Source: Phoronis australis | Lineage: Eukaryota; Animalia; Phoronida | Direction: 5' to 3' | DNA length: 64,000 bases | NCBI GenBank assembly: GCA_002633005.1 | Contig: NMRA01000026.1 | Location: 1,041,330 to 1,105,329, forward strand | In this document: one piece after another, positions 11,540 to 24,374 of the stretch | Layout: every line of letters starts with the position of its first letter | Numbering within the stretch: the first letter of the stretch is position 1 | Notes under the pieces: model-generated | Database searches by the model: none | What the model was told of the DNA's origin: nothing | What the model saw: the letters and a program-made list of their open reading frames with translations, nothing else | Program-made: the position numbers and the translations under genes

Positions 11540-13200
11540 AAGCCAATTTTCATGAAATGTGGCTTATAGGTATCTGTTAAGAAGACGATGACTTTGCAAT
11601 TTTGGATTCTTTTTACTTATTCTGTGCCACCTACTGAGTGCTTTAAGTCACCAAACCATTCAAAGAATTATGAAACGAACAGGGCTGTCGTTAATTTTTC
11701 GATGACTCCGACAACTGTGGTGCTTTCTAACGACAGTTTTACTTTTTTGTGTCCATGGTTGTTTCCCCTAAACCCCTTACAGAATCTTTGTAAAATTTGG
11801 CAAATGTATTTCTGTTAATGTGACCACCAATGATAATGATAACTTTCAATGGCTGCAACTACCAATGTAGCTCCTGGTAGCAATTTTAGTTCTTTAAGTT
11901 TTCTTTTGTATTGATATTCGGTACCATGATGTAATAGGTTTCTATTAAGGAGACGATGAGATATTACCATGTTAGGTTGGATTCCACATATTGTATCACT
12001 TAGTGACCATTTTTATTAGTTTTAAATCTGGGATTTGGCATCCGCCTCTCCATCAGCCAAACTTCTCTTAGGACCATTGTTAAAATTGGTATATGTATCC
12101 CTATTGGGATGAGCATAGCTGATGATGATTCTCTGACGGGTCCAGCTGCTGTGGCGTCTGTCCGTCTGTCCGGCATCCGTCTGGCGTCCGCTGCTCTAAC
12201 TCCAAACCGTTTGATGCATGTTCATAAAATTTTGTACATATGTTTCTTTTATGGATGGGACGGCATGAGCGAACTTTCGGACGGATTGGGCTACTAGTCT
12301 GCCCCCCCTAGTGGCAATTTTAGTTTTTTACGCTTACCTCTATATCTTCAAAGGTCTTTATTGTATTTTCATAAAATTTGGCATGTAGACATCTATTAGT
12401 GAGATGACGCTATACACCCGTTTTTGGATAGATTTGACGTAATTTGTGCCACCAAGTGGCCATTTTTACTGTTTTCACGTCGTCTACCCCTCCATCAACC
12501 AAACCGCTCTAAGGATGATTGTGGAAATTGGCATTATGTTCTTACTATGAAGAGGACGGCTGACGATGATTTTCCGTTGATTTCGACAACTGTGGCACCT
12601 CCTAGTGGTAGTTTTGTTTTTTTACGCCTATGGCTGTATCACCCAAACCGTCTCCAGGATCTTTACTAAATTTAGTAAGTGCATTTATATGATGTTGACA
12701 AAGGACGACCACGACTTTCAGATGGATTTGACAACTGGTGTGCCCCCTGGTGGCTATTTTATTTTTTACGTTAACCTCTGTATCTTCAAATGTCCGCAAC
12801 GTATTTTCAAAAAATGTGGCACACAGGCTTCTGTTAGTGTGGTGATGCTAACTTTTTGTTTTCAGATGGATTCGACTTAGTTTGTGCCACCTAGTGGCCG
12901 TTTTTACCATTTTCGAGTTTTTTTGGTGTCCACCCCTCTATCAACCAAATCGCTTTCAGGATAATTGTGAAAATTGGCATGTATGTTTTTACTATGAAGT
13001 GGATGGCTGACGATGATTTTCCAATGACTTCAGCTACTGTGGTGCCTCCTAGTGGCAGTTTCATTTTTTTTTGCGCCCATGGCTGTATCTCTTAAACTGT
13101 GGCATCTAGTGGCCATTTTTATGACCAATAAACAACCCTAAAAGCACACCGTTTGCGATGCACTCGTGGGCGCATTTCAATGCTCCGCATTGCTCTTGTT
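11540..13200 (+). mobile_element. HINE family copy 2 (older degenerate subunits 11540-12150 plus a 5'-truncated copy 12155-13200)
   Basis: (GTCC/GTCT)n microsatellite near 12155; same subunits as 54437-56069; ends GTGGGCGCAT-TT-CAATGC-TCC-GCATTG-CTCTTGTT at 13200. The left boundary is approximate. Confidence 0.78.
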
Positions 13201-14058
13201 AAGTTTACTAGTATTGCTCCCTTTAATGGAAATTTTTGAATTAATGGTATGGTATCTCTTGTAATTGCACTGTATGCAATGCACACAGTAGACACGTATC
13301 AATGCCAAATTAATAAACTAATTACTTTTTAGAGCGATGATTTCAGGGAATTCTCAGAACCATCAAGAAGGAACACTGTGTCATCGGAACATTGTAGCAG
13401 TTTTATATTCCTTTTTTAATACACACCTTTTTAACCTGTATTTTCTCTGAACAAAATACCTAAAATGAATGCACAAAATGTGAACAGATAAGGAGACGGA
13501 CTGTCTCACCGTCTGTAGGCACAGCCAAGTGTGAAAAATTCAGGAAAAAATTATGTATTGTATAATGCAAAGCTTCTAACAGTACTTCGATCTACCTTCT
13601 TAGTTTTTCTTGGAATTTAAAAAAGCTAGTGATTGCTATATGTGTCTCCAAGAGACTGAATCAAATGTCTTTTCAAAATCAATTAGCATCAATAATCCAA
13701 GGTTGCTCTTTTTCAATAGCATATTAGTGTATTATATCAAATGAAAGGCACGTAACATATCATAGCTGTGACTTCAATTAGCCCAAAATGTGAAATTTTT
13801 ATAATTAATCATTTATAATTTAACGTAGCATAATCCATGTTTTGTGTAAAAAGTGAAATATAATTTTGGTCTCAGCTTGTACCTTACTGAGAGGCTGGGG
13901 AAGTGATTTGTGGGTTTGCGGAAAACTGACAATTTCTTATTAATTGAAACCATGCTCATAGCATAAAATGGCACGCCTTGATAAGCTAACTAGAATAATG
14001 AACTGTCAGGTATTAGAAGCCCTGAGTTATCTGCAATTTGACTAAACAAAGATAAATA

Positions 14059-14638
14059 CCGTATCTGCCCTAATAAGTGCCCATGCCCCTATTAGTGCCC
14101 TCACGAGTTTTCAGACTTAGTTTACAGAAGGGCTCAGCCTATGTACTTATACATGCGAAAAAGGCCTTACCTACAGTCCTAAAATTCTACAGTAACGTTT
14201 TCGTTTTATCAACATGATCCGACAGTTCTGAAAAAGTCATTGTGCATAGAATTTCTAGAGCACAAATGTCACGTGACAACAACATGTGTTCATCCAGAGA
14301 TTTTTCTTGTGGTGCGGTGTACATTCTAGCGCAGATTTGAGGAGGATTTCAAATCAAAACTGTATTTTTGTTCAAGAATTCAAGTTGCTATATCGACGAT
14401 CGCAGGGCAGTGACGCATCTGTCAGCAAGTTTTCATTCATGGATTTCAGCACACTTTTCTGTAAAATGATTGTAATTTAACAACGAATGTGTCACAGAGC
14501 ATAAAATATGTGATGAATCCTAGCTTCCGATTTCGTTCTCCCGTTTCAGACACCAGGTTTCAGCTGCCTTATGCTACAATAAGTGCACCCTGCAACGAAT
14601 TTTTTTAATCACCCAAGCACTTATTAGCGAGAATACGG
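14059..14638. mobile_element. 580-bp MITE with CCGTA termini
   Basis: TA|CCGTATCTGCCCTAATAAGTGC at the left and GCACTTATTAGCGAGAATACGG|TT at the right; subterminal ATAAGTGC repeats. Confidence 0.75.
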
Positions 14639-14885
14639 TTCTCTAAATAAAAAGTTGTTTTTGTCATAGGTGGTGGGTTTATAGTTGCAAATTAACATAA
14701 GGGCAGATAGTGTTTGCGAGTGTAATTTGACTGCTTATCAACTGGTGGGGTTGTTTTTTTTTGGTGTTTTGATATGAAGTTGGTCGTTTTGACATTTTCA
14801 AAATTTTCATGGACCATTTGCATGAGTGATTGTGATAATAATGTTCTCTTGTACTTCACTTGAAATGTAATGTCTCTCTATTCAG

Positions 14886-15068
14886 AATGAAAAGTCAAGT
14901 GTAAGTAAAGTGTTCACTCGCATGTTGCAAGTTCACAACAAGAAGCCAGCTCTCTGGGTTACTGCTGCCAAGTGGGAGTTCGAAGACAATCTGTCTTCTC
15001 AGAATGCTCGAAGTCTACTTCAACGGGGTCTCAGATTCAACCCAGACTCAAAGGAACTCTGGCTTGAG
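14886..15068 (+). CDS. UTP6: UTP6 exon: NEKSSVSKVFTRMLQVHNKKPALWVTAAKWEFEDNLSSQNARSLLQRGLRFNPDSKELWLE (HAT repeats)
   Basis: ttcag| and |gtgagt; 183 bp; KPALW..AAKWE.ED.LSS..AR.L..R.LRF.P motif. Confidence 0.95.
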
Positions 15069-15655
15069 GTGAGTACTTATTGCTTACCTCCTCTTGATCC
15101 TTCTTGGTTCAAGACAGCTAACTATTATGACATGACTGAAATTATATTGAATCACAAATTGACGAATTTAGTACGTGCTGTGATATGATTTATCTTTGTT
15201 TGACATTACGATCTAAGATCTCGGTCTACTGTGGCTTGTATGTTCAACGTAACCCACCCCTTCTGTCGGTTATTTTTGTTTTATATGTTTTCAGTGGCTG
15301 CAGGTGTTCTGAAACAGTGTCCAGCTTTGTACTGTTGTGTTGTTATATTTTTAGGAGTGCGTTCTGCTCTGCGATGCCTTAAATCAGGCAAAATAGTGCA
15401 TTAGGCTGCCTGGTAAAATTGTCACAACAAACACGCCTTGGTTTTTCAGATCCTAACCTAACATCGATGTACAGCAGTTTACCAGAATAGCAAACTCAGT
15501 GGTGGGATTTGTGAAAATATGTATTCCAACTGTGTATTTATGTGTTACGTTTTAACCACAGAAATGTGGAACCGTATGGGAGTTCCACTATGTACGATGC
15601 ACATGGATTTATCTTGTTGATATAAGTGTCTAACCTTAATGAGTTTATTCTTCAG

Positions 15656-15818
15656 TATTTCAGAATGGAGCTGCTGTATACAGACAAACTTCGTAAACGG
15701 AAGATGATTCTGTCTAGAGAAGGGAGCATTGGTGCTGAGGAAGATGAAGGCGCTGATTCCATTCTCCAGTGTAAAATTGCCCCTGTAGTCTACAGGAAGG
15801 CTATTGAGGCGATTACAA
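15656..15818 (+). CDS. UTP6: UTP6 exon: YFRMELLYTDKLRKRKMILSREGSIGAEEDEGADSILQCKIAPVVYRKAIEAIT
   Basis: ttcag| and |gtgagt; 163 bp, ends in phase 1; YFRMEL....KLRK motif. Confidence 0.94.
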
Positions 15819-16466
15819 GTGAGTGTTTTTTCCTTCGTCACTTGTATTTTAGTGTGTTATGCAGAATTCCTATATCGCTTGAAAGTACTTTTCAACAAAT
15901 CACTGTGCAGCGCTGTTTCATACGTTTCGCATGACATTCTAAATGGCCGAGTCATTTTCGATTCTTATTATTGTCTGCAAAGTTAACTTTGGTGTTTTGC
16001 TTGGTATTTAACTTCTCAGTGTAAGTGGGGAATAATATAAGTAGTTTCTGTTATATAACTTGACAAATGTTGTCAAAAATCGTGTAGTGTCCTTGAAGTT
16101 AGGCAAAAATGAAAAGGAGACCTGACGAAGGTGGCAGAAATCATTTCAAAATTCACTAAAAGATATTTGCTTTGAAATGTAGTTGATGCTCTATGCAGCA
16201 GCGCCTTCTTTGAAAACTACAGTTTTGATTCATGTTTTTGGGAGTGGAATTCTTTATTTTGTTTTTGATGTGACCTGTTAGCAGTCATAATTTGTCACAC
16301 TAAAAGGCTGAGCTGAATGGAGCCAAATGAGGTGATTCATCGCTGCTAACTCAATTTATTACTGGTTGAAGTTTGTAATTTCGGCTTTTCTATTGTGTGG
16401 AAACTTTTGTGTCCTTATGCCTGGGCTGGCTGAATGTACTTGAAGTGGTGTAATTCTTATTTTCAG

Positions 16467-16551
16467 ATGACGTGGATTTCATGTTGTCATTTATACCCAT
16501 CTGTCAACTGTTTGACTTCACCCAGATCATTGTTGACGACATCTTCGCAGA
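16467..16551 (+). CDS. UTP6: UTP6 exon: (N)DVDFMLSFIPICQLFDFTQIIVDDIFA
   Basis: tttcag| and |gtgagt; 85 bp, phase 1/2, keeps the frame; QLFDF motif. Confidence 0.9.
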
Positions 16552-17336
16552 GTGAGTAGGACTTTTGAGCTGATTGAATGTTTAGAAAATTCCCATTATT
16601 CTAAATCCCCCTTTATATGCAGTACTTTTACATGCGCGTGTGAAAATATGCACCATACGCAAATATACACCCAGGTGTACATGCAAATGTGCATCGTGCT
16701 CATATGGGAAACAGAAAGGTGATATTTTAGCTCAGTTCGTTATATGTTTTGAAGCTTAGAAGCGATACAAATAACATTTGCTAGTGAAGAGAAGACTGTG
16801 ACGGCACACTTGATCACGCAGAAATAGCAAGGGATTGGCTCTACTCTGACTTTTATGTGTAGGTCAACTGCAGAGAGGCGAAATGAAAATACTAAATACT
16901 GTTCTCGTACATTTGGTAAAGAACGCTTGCACAAGTAACTAATTCAATGTATTCATTAGTAAAAGACTGTTAACAAAGACATAAGCAGTATTGTTCTATA
17001 AATATGATACGTTTTATCTATGCTTTTTACGACAATCAATAAACTGTATGTAATCTTCAAACTGGGTTGATCCGGATCACGGGATGGCTTTCGTTAGCGT
17101 GGATTGGTGCACTGGTGGTAGAGGTTTTGCCAAGAATTTTTTAACTTATTACAAACATAAAAAGACAATTCACCTATCAGAATGCCATTGGAGCCAGGTG
17201 GTTAGATGGAGGTAAATGGGTCCGGGGCTTGGTAATAGCATTGTAGGTAACCTGCCCAGAGTTGTGAAAGCAACAGTTTTTCTATTTACAAAATGCGTAT
17301 GGAAAATAAGCATGTCTCAGCCAGTTACTTGATACC

Positions 17337-17849
17337 ATCATTTGAATAGTAAGTCTTTCACAAGGTGGTCATTTGAATAGCAAGACTATCACGAGGTGAT
17401 CATTTGAGTAGCAAGACTTTCACGATGTGATCATTTGAGTAGCAAGACTTTCACAAGGTGATCATTTGAGTAGCAAGACTTTCACAAGGTGGTCATTTGA
17501 ATAGCAAGACTTTCACGAGGTGATCATTTGAGTAGCAAGACTTCCACAATGTGATCATTTGAATAGCAAGACTATCACAAGGTGATCGTTTGAGTAGCAA
17601 GACTTCCACGATGTGATCATTTGAATAGCAAGACTTTCACGAGGTAATCATTTGAGTAGCGAGACTATCACGATGTGATCATTTGAGTAGCAAGACTTCC
17701 AATATGTGATCATTTGAGTAGCAAGACTTCCACGATGTGATCATTTGAGTAGCAAGACTTTCACAAGGTGGTCATTTGAATAGCAAGACTTTCACAAGGT
17801 GGTCATTTGAATAGCAAGACTTTTACAAGGTGATCATTTGAATAGTAAG
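17337..17849. repeat. 31-bp minisatellite (ATCATTTGAGTAGCAAGACTTTCACAAGGTG), about 16.5 copies
   Basis: Exact 31-bp phase holds from 17337 to 17833. Confidence 0.97.
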
Positions 17850-17942
17850 CTGTGCTGTCGGTATCGAGGGAAGAATTGTCATGACGAAATGTAATTCGTG
17901 TGTGTGTGTTCACTGATACTGATAATTACATATTGCTACTGT

Positions 17943-18025
17943 TGTAAACACACGATGACTTGTCTCATCGTGTGTTTACACGATGACTTGTCTCATCGTG
18001 TAAACACACGATGACTTATCTCATC
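17943..18025. repeat. Overlapping hairpin and direct-repeat cluster
   Basis: TGTAAACACACGATGA-CTTGTC-TCATCGTGTGTTTACA is a perfect 16-bp stem, and the core is reiterated three times. Confidence 0.9.
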
Positions 18026-18442
18026 CATTGCACTCTGAGAGGTATAGAACAGTTAGATTTTCCTCCTTTTGTAAATGATGTGTCTTCCTTTTTCGTCAAT
18101 GAGGGCCTGTGATTGGTGACGTAAGATTGGTGACATTAATTCACATTTTCCTTTTTTCCATCTTCTCTTGGACTTGATCACAATACCTTATATTGTTGTA
18201 AAAATGCTTTGAAAGTAAATTTTTGTGGGTCAGCATACCTTTTATTTCTGTCAAAAACCAACTTTTGGTTTAGGCCATTCACTATTTTAAAACCAGTTCT
18301 CATGTTTATCCTTACTCAGATTAGAAATGATTTCTTGGCTTGAGAAGAACCGACAGCTCGTTGTTATTGTGTTTAATGTTGATGTTGATGTTGATGAAGA
18401 ACTTGTTATTATCAGGATGATGCTATTGTGATTGTTTTACAG

Positions 18443-18552
18443 TTTGAAATCGCTGCATGGTACAAAAGAAATAACATGGGATGCCATAGCTCGTCAATAT
18501 TTACTGGAAATTCGACTGAAGAAAGCCAACTGCACAACCAAGCAAGAGAAAA
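18443..18552 (+). CDS. UTP6: UTP6 exon: (D)LKSLHGTKEITWDAIARQYLLEIRLKKANCTTKQEK
   Basis: ttttacag| and |gtatgt; 110 bp, phase 2/1; DL..LH.....TWD..AR motif. Confidence 0.88.
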
Positions 18553-19221
18553 GTATGTGACTGTGTTTTAATGCTGTCCTGCTGTGTGTAGGGCCTTTCA
18601 GACCAACATGGATACATCAATGTTTTGTAGAGTGCCGGTCTGTGTGAATGGATAACTTCTGTCCTGGAGTTATTAGTGCTAGTTAGCCTCACAGTAATTA
18701 GAGTCTCTGGCACACATAGCATAATTTGATAACATTTCTTTAAACATTCACCTCTCTTTGACGGAGCACTTCAATTCTTATCCGACCACATATTTTATAA
18801 ATAAGAAACTTCAAATTTTAAAAAATATGCCCGCGTGACATTTTCAGAGTGCCATTGTACAATTATAACTTCGATGCTCCGCAAATCAAACTGCAATAAT
18901 TTCGGTGTCTGCTAACTACCGCTCAACTGAATTCGCAGTTTACATTGAGGCTTCTCTCGTACCGCAGTGAAGTTGGTGTGATGTGGCCTCACGACTTCAC
19001 GAGGCTGTTATAATTACAATTATAGGCAGGCTCTTAGAAATAACTAGGGATTCATTTTCTCCTTATCATCTCAACCAATCTTATTCAGAGTTGTGTGCTT
19101 CGGTCAATAAAGTTTTGCTATGCATGGCTATTGACCTTTACTCCACAAGCAAGCTTATTGTGAACTTACACCAGTGTCATTGATAGGAAATTGCTGATAA
19201 GGATCTTTGCATCAGGCAAAA

Positions 19222-19422
19222 ACTTGTATCGACTTAGTGGGATGAGAAGTAATTTCCTGGCTTGAAAGAACTGACAGTTCATTGTGGCTTGAGATCATGC
19301 TTGTCACATAAAGTTACCCATATTGAGAAGCCAACTTGATGAGCCTGGCTTCAAGCAATTATTTAACTGTCAGTTCATTCCAAGCACAAAAATCATCTCA
19401 AAATTTTTCTAAGAAGCAAGTT
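19222..19422. mobile_element. Degenerate palindromic MITE-like repeat
   Basis: TGAGAAGTAATTTCCTGGCTTGAAAGAACTGACAGTT is roughly inverted at about 19364-19400; related arms occur near 18320 and 43160. Confidence 0.45.
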
Positions 19423-19855
19423 GCGACCAATTTCATCGCTGTAGTCCATATTAACAGTTGAATTTGTGATGGAATTTGGGTTTATCTTTAGCTGTATAAA
19501 GCCTGGGTGTTAATCCAGGAAACTAATGTTACTAACAGTGCTGGCTAGGTAGTGTGTACAGAATGTGGCACTTTCAGAATTTTGGTTTGCCACCATGGCT
19601 AGCTCCTGTGTTTCCTGAACCCCTTGAAGAAATGCTGTGAAATTTGAAAGTTGTGTTCATATCAAGTGCAGTGCCACAATTACCCGTTTTGGGGTACCGT
19701 TATATCCAATATCTGCAATGGCCCTTTGAGGAAATGTAGGCAAATTACAAATGAGAACAAATTTATTTCTTTACATAGAAGGTTTTATTGAATGATAGAC
19801 AGTATAATTGTAACGAAATAATTCCAAACGTTTAGTTGTTGCTTCTCCTTTTTAG

Positions 19856-19927
19856 ATGCAGTTGTAACAAAGCAAGTGGGACTGTGTTACACAGTGTTTG
19901 AGGAGAGCTTGAAAAAGATCAACAGTG
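19856..19927 (+). CDS. UTP6: UTP6 exon: (N)AVVTKQVGLCYTVFEESLKKINS
   Basis: ttttag| and |gtaaga; 72 bp, phase 1/1; resembles the C..V.EE..K segment. Confidence 0.82.
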
Positions 19928-21570
19928 GTAAGACATTTTATATAAAACTAGTTTGTGATGTATTGAGTATCATAACTTTGTCCGGGTAGTGTTTGTGTTT
20001 GATAAAAGATGGCAACACATGTTGTGCATGTCATCAAAAGGTGGCAGCACTGTCTCTTAACCTACATGTTTCTTTAGCCAGCTGTCACTATTATGTAAGT
20101 CTTTCACAACATAGTAAAGGTGCTAACCAATTAGGCAGCATGAATATGCTGTCCCCTTTTATGACAGGTAATAATCTAGCTGTAAAGTGGGTGATCATTA
20201 AATTGTCCATTTTAAGTAATCTATATGTAATGTTGTGAAGAGTAGACATAAATGGCATCATTTGCCAGGACAATTATTGGCCCAACAGTTGTTAGAGATG
20301 AAGTGATCAGGTCCATATTAGCGTCCATTGTCTCTTCCACCCATTTAGATAAAAACCTATTTTCTTCTTTAATATGCCATTCTGGGTGAACGAACTGGCT
20401 AATTTCCAATGTTTCTGTTGTTTCTACTGTGTTAGTGTTCAGAAATGTACTTTGCATTTTCTATTCCTGTCATATGTCTATTATCTTTGTTGTTTTTTTT
20501 CCAAGTACTCAGATTTGCCTCCATTCATACTTCTACACTTTTTGCTAATTTAAGTACGCCGTCATACAGGGATAGAATATTTGAATCTATGGTGCTTTTA
20601 CGTTATGAGAGAGACTGTTGTCTGCATAAAAAGTGCCCTTCAGTCCACCTATGCAATACTCCAACAGCTGACCAAGTTTGAACTATAATTGTAAAATCTT
20701 TTCGGTTACAAATTTTCAAAAAAAAATTAAATACTGGAATTCTTATCTCGACTTTTCTGATCAGAATATTGCTTGTTCTCAACCTCTACTCTTATCATGA
20801 TATATGTTTTCAAAAAGTAAAATACGGGAATGCCTGTCTGATACCACACCTTGACTTCTCTATTGGTCAGAACAGGGTCTGTGTGTGTCCAATTTTTTGT
20901 CTGCATTCTACAATGTTATTTTCAAATGTAGTTTTTTCCAAAAAGGGAAATATGTAAATGCCTATCAGATGTCTTGTCTTGGCTTTTCTAATGATCAGAA
21001 TAGGGTCTGTGTACGTCCATTTTTTGTTTACTATCTCCAGTCTGCTAATCATCGTACTGCTGCAGATGTTGATGGTATTCTTGATGTTCTGGTTTTCTAA
21101 ATGTTCGCAGGTGATACCTGCCAATGTCATTTCGTTCACATGTGATTAGATTGTCAATATTCCTGCTCTTTCTAATTTATCAGTTGATTAAATCTGATAG
21201 ATACGCAATTTTACAGCTAGCTGGATAGGTCAGTTGTAATCCAGTTAGCCTACAAGCATGCTTAAAGTGAGAGAGAAAACAACTTGGTAGTCATCGGCAG
21301 TAATTTGATTTATTTGTTGTTTGGGTAAAATACTTGGCTTATTCAACTCAATTTGTTATGACATTTTAAGTTTGTGTTATGGTTTTTGTTCTCATGTCTT
21401 GTGTTGGAGGTAATCTCTAATTATTTTTGTAAATTCAAGCAAATATCAGATTTCCAACTTTATTTAACTGAAAACATCTTTTTTAATTATTTACGCTTGA
21501 CTTTTTTTAATACCTATTCTAATTTGATTATTATAGCTCAGATAACAACAGATAGTAATATTTAAATGTG

Positions 21571-21576
21571 TTTATT
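21571..21576 (-). terminator. Candidate polyadenylation signal (AATAAA on -) of the nested antisense gene
   Basis: TTTATT on +, followed on - by a GU-rich tract (CTGTTGTTATC); about 2.0 kb downstream of the stop at 23601. Confidence 0.45.
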
Positions 21577-23600
21577 ACAATATTTATCCCTTTCTTCGTA
21601 CAGTTAAATAACACAATAATTTTAGCTTGCATTGCACAGTCCAACATCGTTCACTTATCCTCCAAGATTTTAACACCCCTATGCAAGAGATTTAACAAGA
21701 ACTTATCTATCTAATCTACACCCAGTTAATAAACGATGCATGCATTGTGATATCGGTTATACTATTGTAGTACAATGAATAACAGTGATGGTGGCGAGAC
21801 AACGTGATGATTACGACCTGATCCCCTGCATGTTATAAAAGCATTATACTGGTGATAACATACGTTTTACAACTGGAGACTGGACACAAATTCTGTGATG
21901 CTAATGAAAAATTGAACCACTCTTTACAATTACAATAGACCGAGAGCTGTCTATTCTCAGGGTTTTCTTGGGTTCACACACAAAAATTATTTGAAAGGAT
22001 CATAGTTTCCCTGTTACTTCCTTGGGAGTTCATGGCTTGGAATGACCAATGACAAAAAAGGAAAAATTTTCTGGTGACATATCGTTCCACAAATACATTG
22101 GCTTGGATGATATTTTTGTGTAGTAAAATTTAACTAAAATGTACGTTTTTGCATGAATTAAGTCAAAATAATGATAAAAAGAGACGAAAAAGGAGAAAAC
22201 TGGTAATCAAATAGGAGGATATCAAAACCAAAAAAAAAGGAAACCCTCTTAAAACAGGAAAATTCCAAGCCCTGGGATTTTCAAGCTCCATTCTAAACAA
22301 ATTCGTAAGTGGCATGGACGAAGTTTGCGAAGGGCCTTACACCAATTACACAAAATCCAATCTACAGTACTGATGTGGTTAACTGTTACTAGATTCCCTA
22401 TGCAATCTATAGCTGACCTTGATTTTACGGAATTGAATAAGCATCTCCTGGCCTTTTTTCATAGCTGGGTTAATAACTGTAAGATTATTGACTTATCATG
22501 ACCAAGGCTCCTAATGTCAGGTCTAGCAGGCAGTTCAAAAGGTACACACTTCTGTCAATCAATAGCTTTTCAATGCATCTTGTAAAACAAGCTTTCTTAA
22601 CACAGCAAAACATAGCCGTGGGCAAACGGTCTAATTTCCCAACAACTTTACGGATTAAAACCTGATTGCTTGGCCGGCAGTTTGCCTTTAAACGTTTTAA
22701 ATTGTGTAATTAAATATGCTTCAATTCAAAAAATAAATTTAATACGCTGATATTTTAATTGGTCCAGCATCTAAAATTTGATGCATCAAGATCAACATAA
22801 CAATTATTTAATTTAATAAAATTTGGGAGCACCAGACTGGAGAAGTGTCAATAGTATTTAGAGAATGATAAATTCTCCTAACTATCTTGTACGAAGTTTT
22901 GAAGTTTTAAAAACATTTTTAACTTGTTACTGTCTTTTGCAAATCCATGCCTGGCCATCACAGCAACAGCCAGACAGACTGTTTTAAAAAGCCATCAATT
23001 TTTAATAGAAGGGTGTAAAGCCAGACCAGGAGAACAAATACCCATTAACCTTTTATGGTGGTTAGTTGGCATTGCTGCTATAAATCTGACTGCTAATGCA
23101 ATGTACCCCTATAACAGTTTGGTCAAGATAAAAGGCGATGGCGTAACAGGATGGAAAACAAAACCCTAACAGCAATGTCATTCACAGTTTTACGATCTGG
23201 GTCTTTGGCACTACTGGTAGTGTTTATGGGCAGTGCTGTTAGCAGTTTATGGGTAAGGTTGAGAAGAACCCACTAGGAAAGATTGTTAATACCAGACTGT
23301 GTATGTCTGAGTGTACACAACCATGACCTGGACACATGGGGAAGCATGCTACATAGGTGGTTCTTCCCAAGAGACTTTAACACTATCGCAAATGATGTGT
23401 AACCAAGTGTCAACCCTGGGCAAACTGTTGTTATAAGTTAATAACACAGTAAACCACATCACAGGCAGTTTGTCTTCCATAACTTGTACTTTTAATTATA
23501 GAGCACTGTTTTTGGCAAATCCTGACTCCACACTTCTAATCAAGTGAGACTGACTTGATCACAATTTACAGAGTGGCTTGGTCATATTTTTCCCACAACT

Positions 23601-24374
23601 TTATATGTCTGTACAATCCATGTTAATGGCTGCGAGGTACTCCGATGGGCCAGTGTGGTATGCATGAAAATCTCTGTGATAATCTCCAACGCTTCGTCTG
23701 TTACTGTCATATATTTGTGAGTCCATTTCTACAGACGCCGGCGTCTGACCATTGTCTACTAGAGAGATACCGACCATGGTATTGTCTGTCGGACTTGGCA
23801 ATAAATGAGCACCACTGCCTGGTTGACATGCACCGGAAGCCAAACTGGACACTAAGTCTTTAGATGGGACTTTGCTCATCCGTTTCTGGTCGAGATTGTT
23901 GCTTATTGTGTCACTGGAGATAGTCCTCACTGTCTTAGCTCTGGCGTACTCACTATAAGTCATCGCGTACCCCCCAGTTTCACTGACCTCCCATAATAGG
24001 TCCACAACAGGCCCCACCTGGGCCTGACATTGTGTCGGTGCCGTTGACGTTCGACTTCCCCGAGACCCAAGTCTCGAACCCGGGAACTCCTCTGTGCTGA
24101 CTTCATGCAAGCTGTCAAACGCCGAGTCGCACTCACTCCCTTCAAGTGACACTGTGTCTCGACGAGGTTTATTGTATTTCTGTAAGTGTGAGTTAGTCAT
24201 TACCATTGCCACGTTGGCTTGTTTCCTGCTAGTTTTGCGTCCATCCAGCAACTCGTTGATTCTTTCTCGTAAGTTACACTTAAACCAACATACCATGAAG
24301 ATGATGAAGACCAGCACCGTGCACAGTGTTGGGGTTAGTATACCGGCGTAGAACATGGTCGTTAACTGGCCCAT
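23601..24374 (-). CDS. Uncharacterised 257-aa single-pass (type III) membrane protein, nested antisense in a UTP6 intron
   Basis: Longest ORF in the window, with GC raised over its flanks. An in-frame TAA lies 4 codons before the ATG. One hydrophobic segment (aa ~8-31) is followed by a basic patch and a Ser/Thr-rich tail. A - strand acceptor (ttttacag|) lies at 24701. Confidence 0.8.
   Translation of the reverse strand: MGQLTTMFYAGILTPTLCTVLVFIIFMVCWFKCNLRERINELLDGRKTSRKQANVAMVMTNSHLQKYNKPRRDTVSLEGSECDSAFDSLHEVSTEEFPGSRLGSRGSRTSTAPTQCQAQVGPVVDLLWEVSETGGYAMTYSEYARAKTVRTISSDTISNNLDQKRMSKVPSKDLVSSLASGACQPGSGAHLLPSPTDNTMVGISLVDNGQTPASVEMDSQIYDSNRRSVGDYHRDFHAYHTGPSEYLAAINMDCTDI

Noticed and set aside
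17337-17849. CRISPR-like appearance of the 31-bp array (and the 26-bp and 44-bp arrays)
   Set aside because: Units are head-to-tail with no unique spacers, the context is eukaryotic and no cas genes are present.
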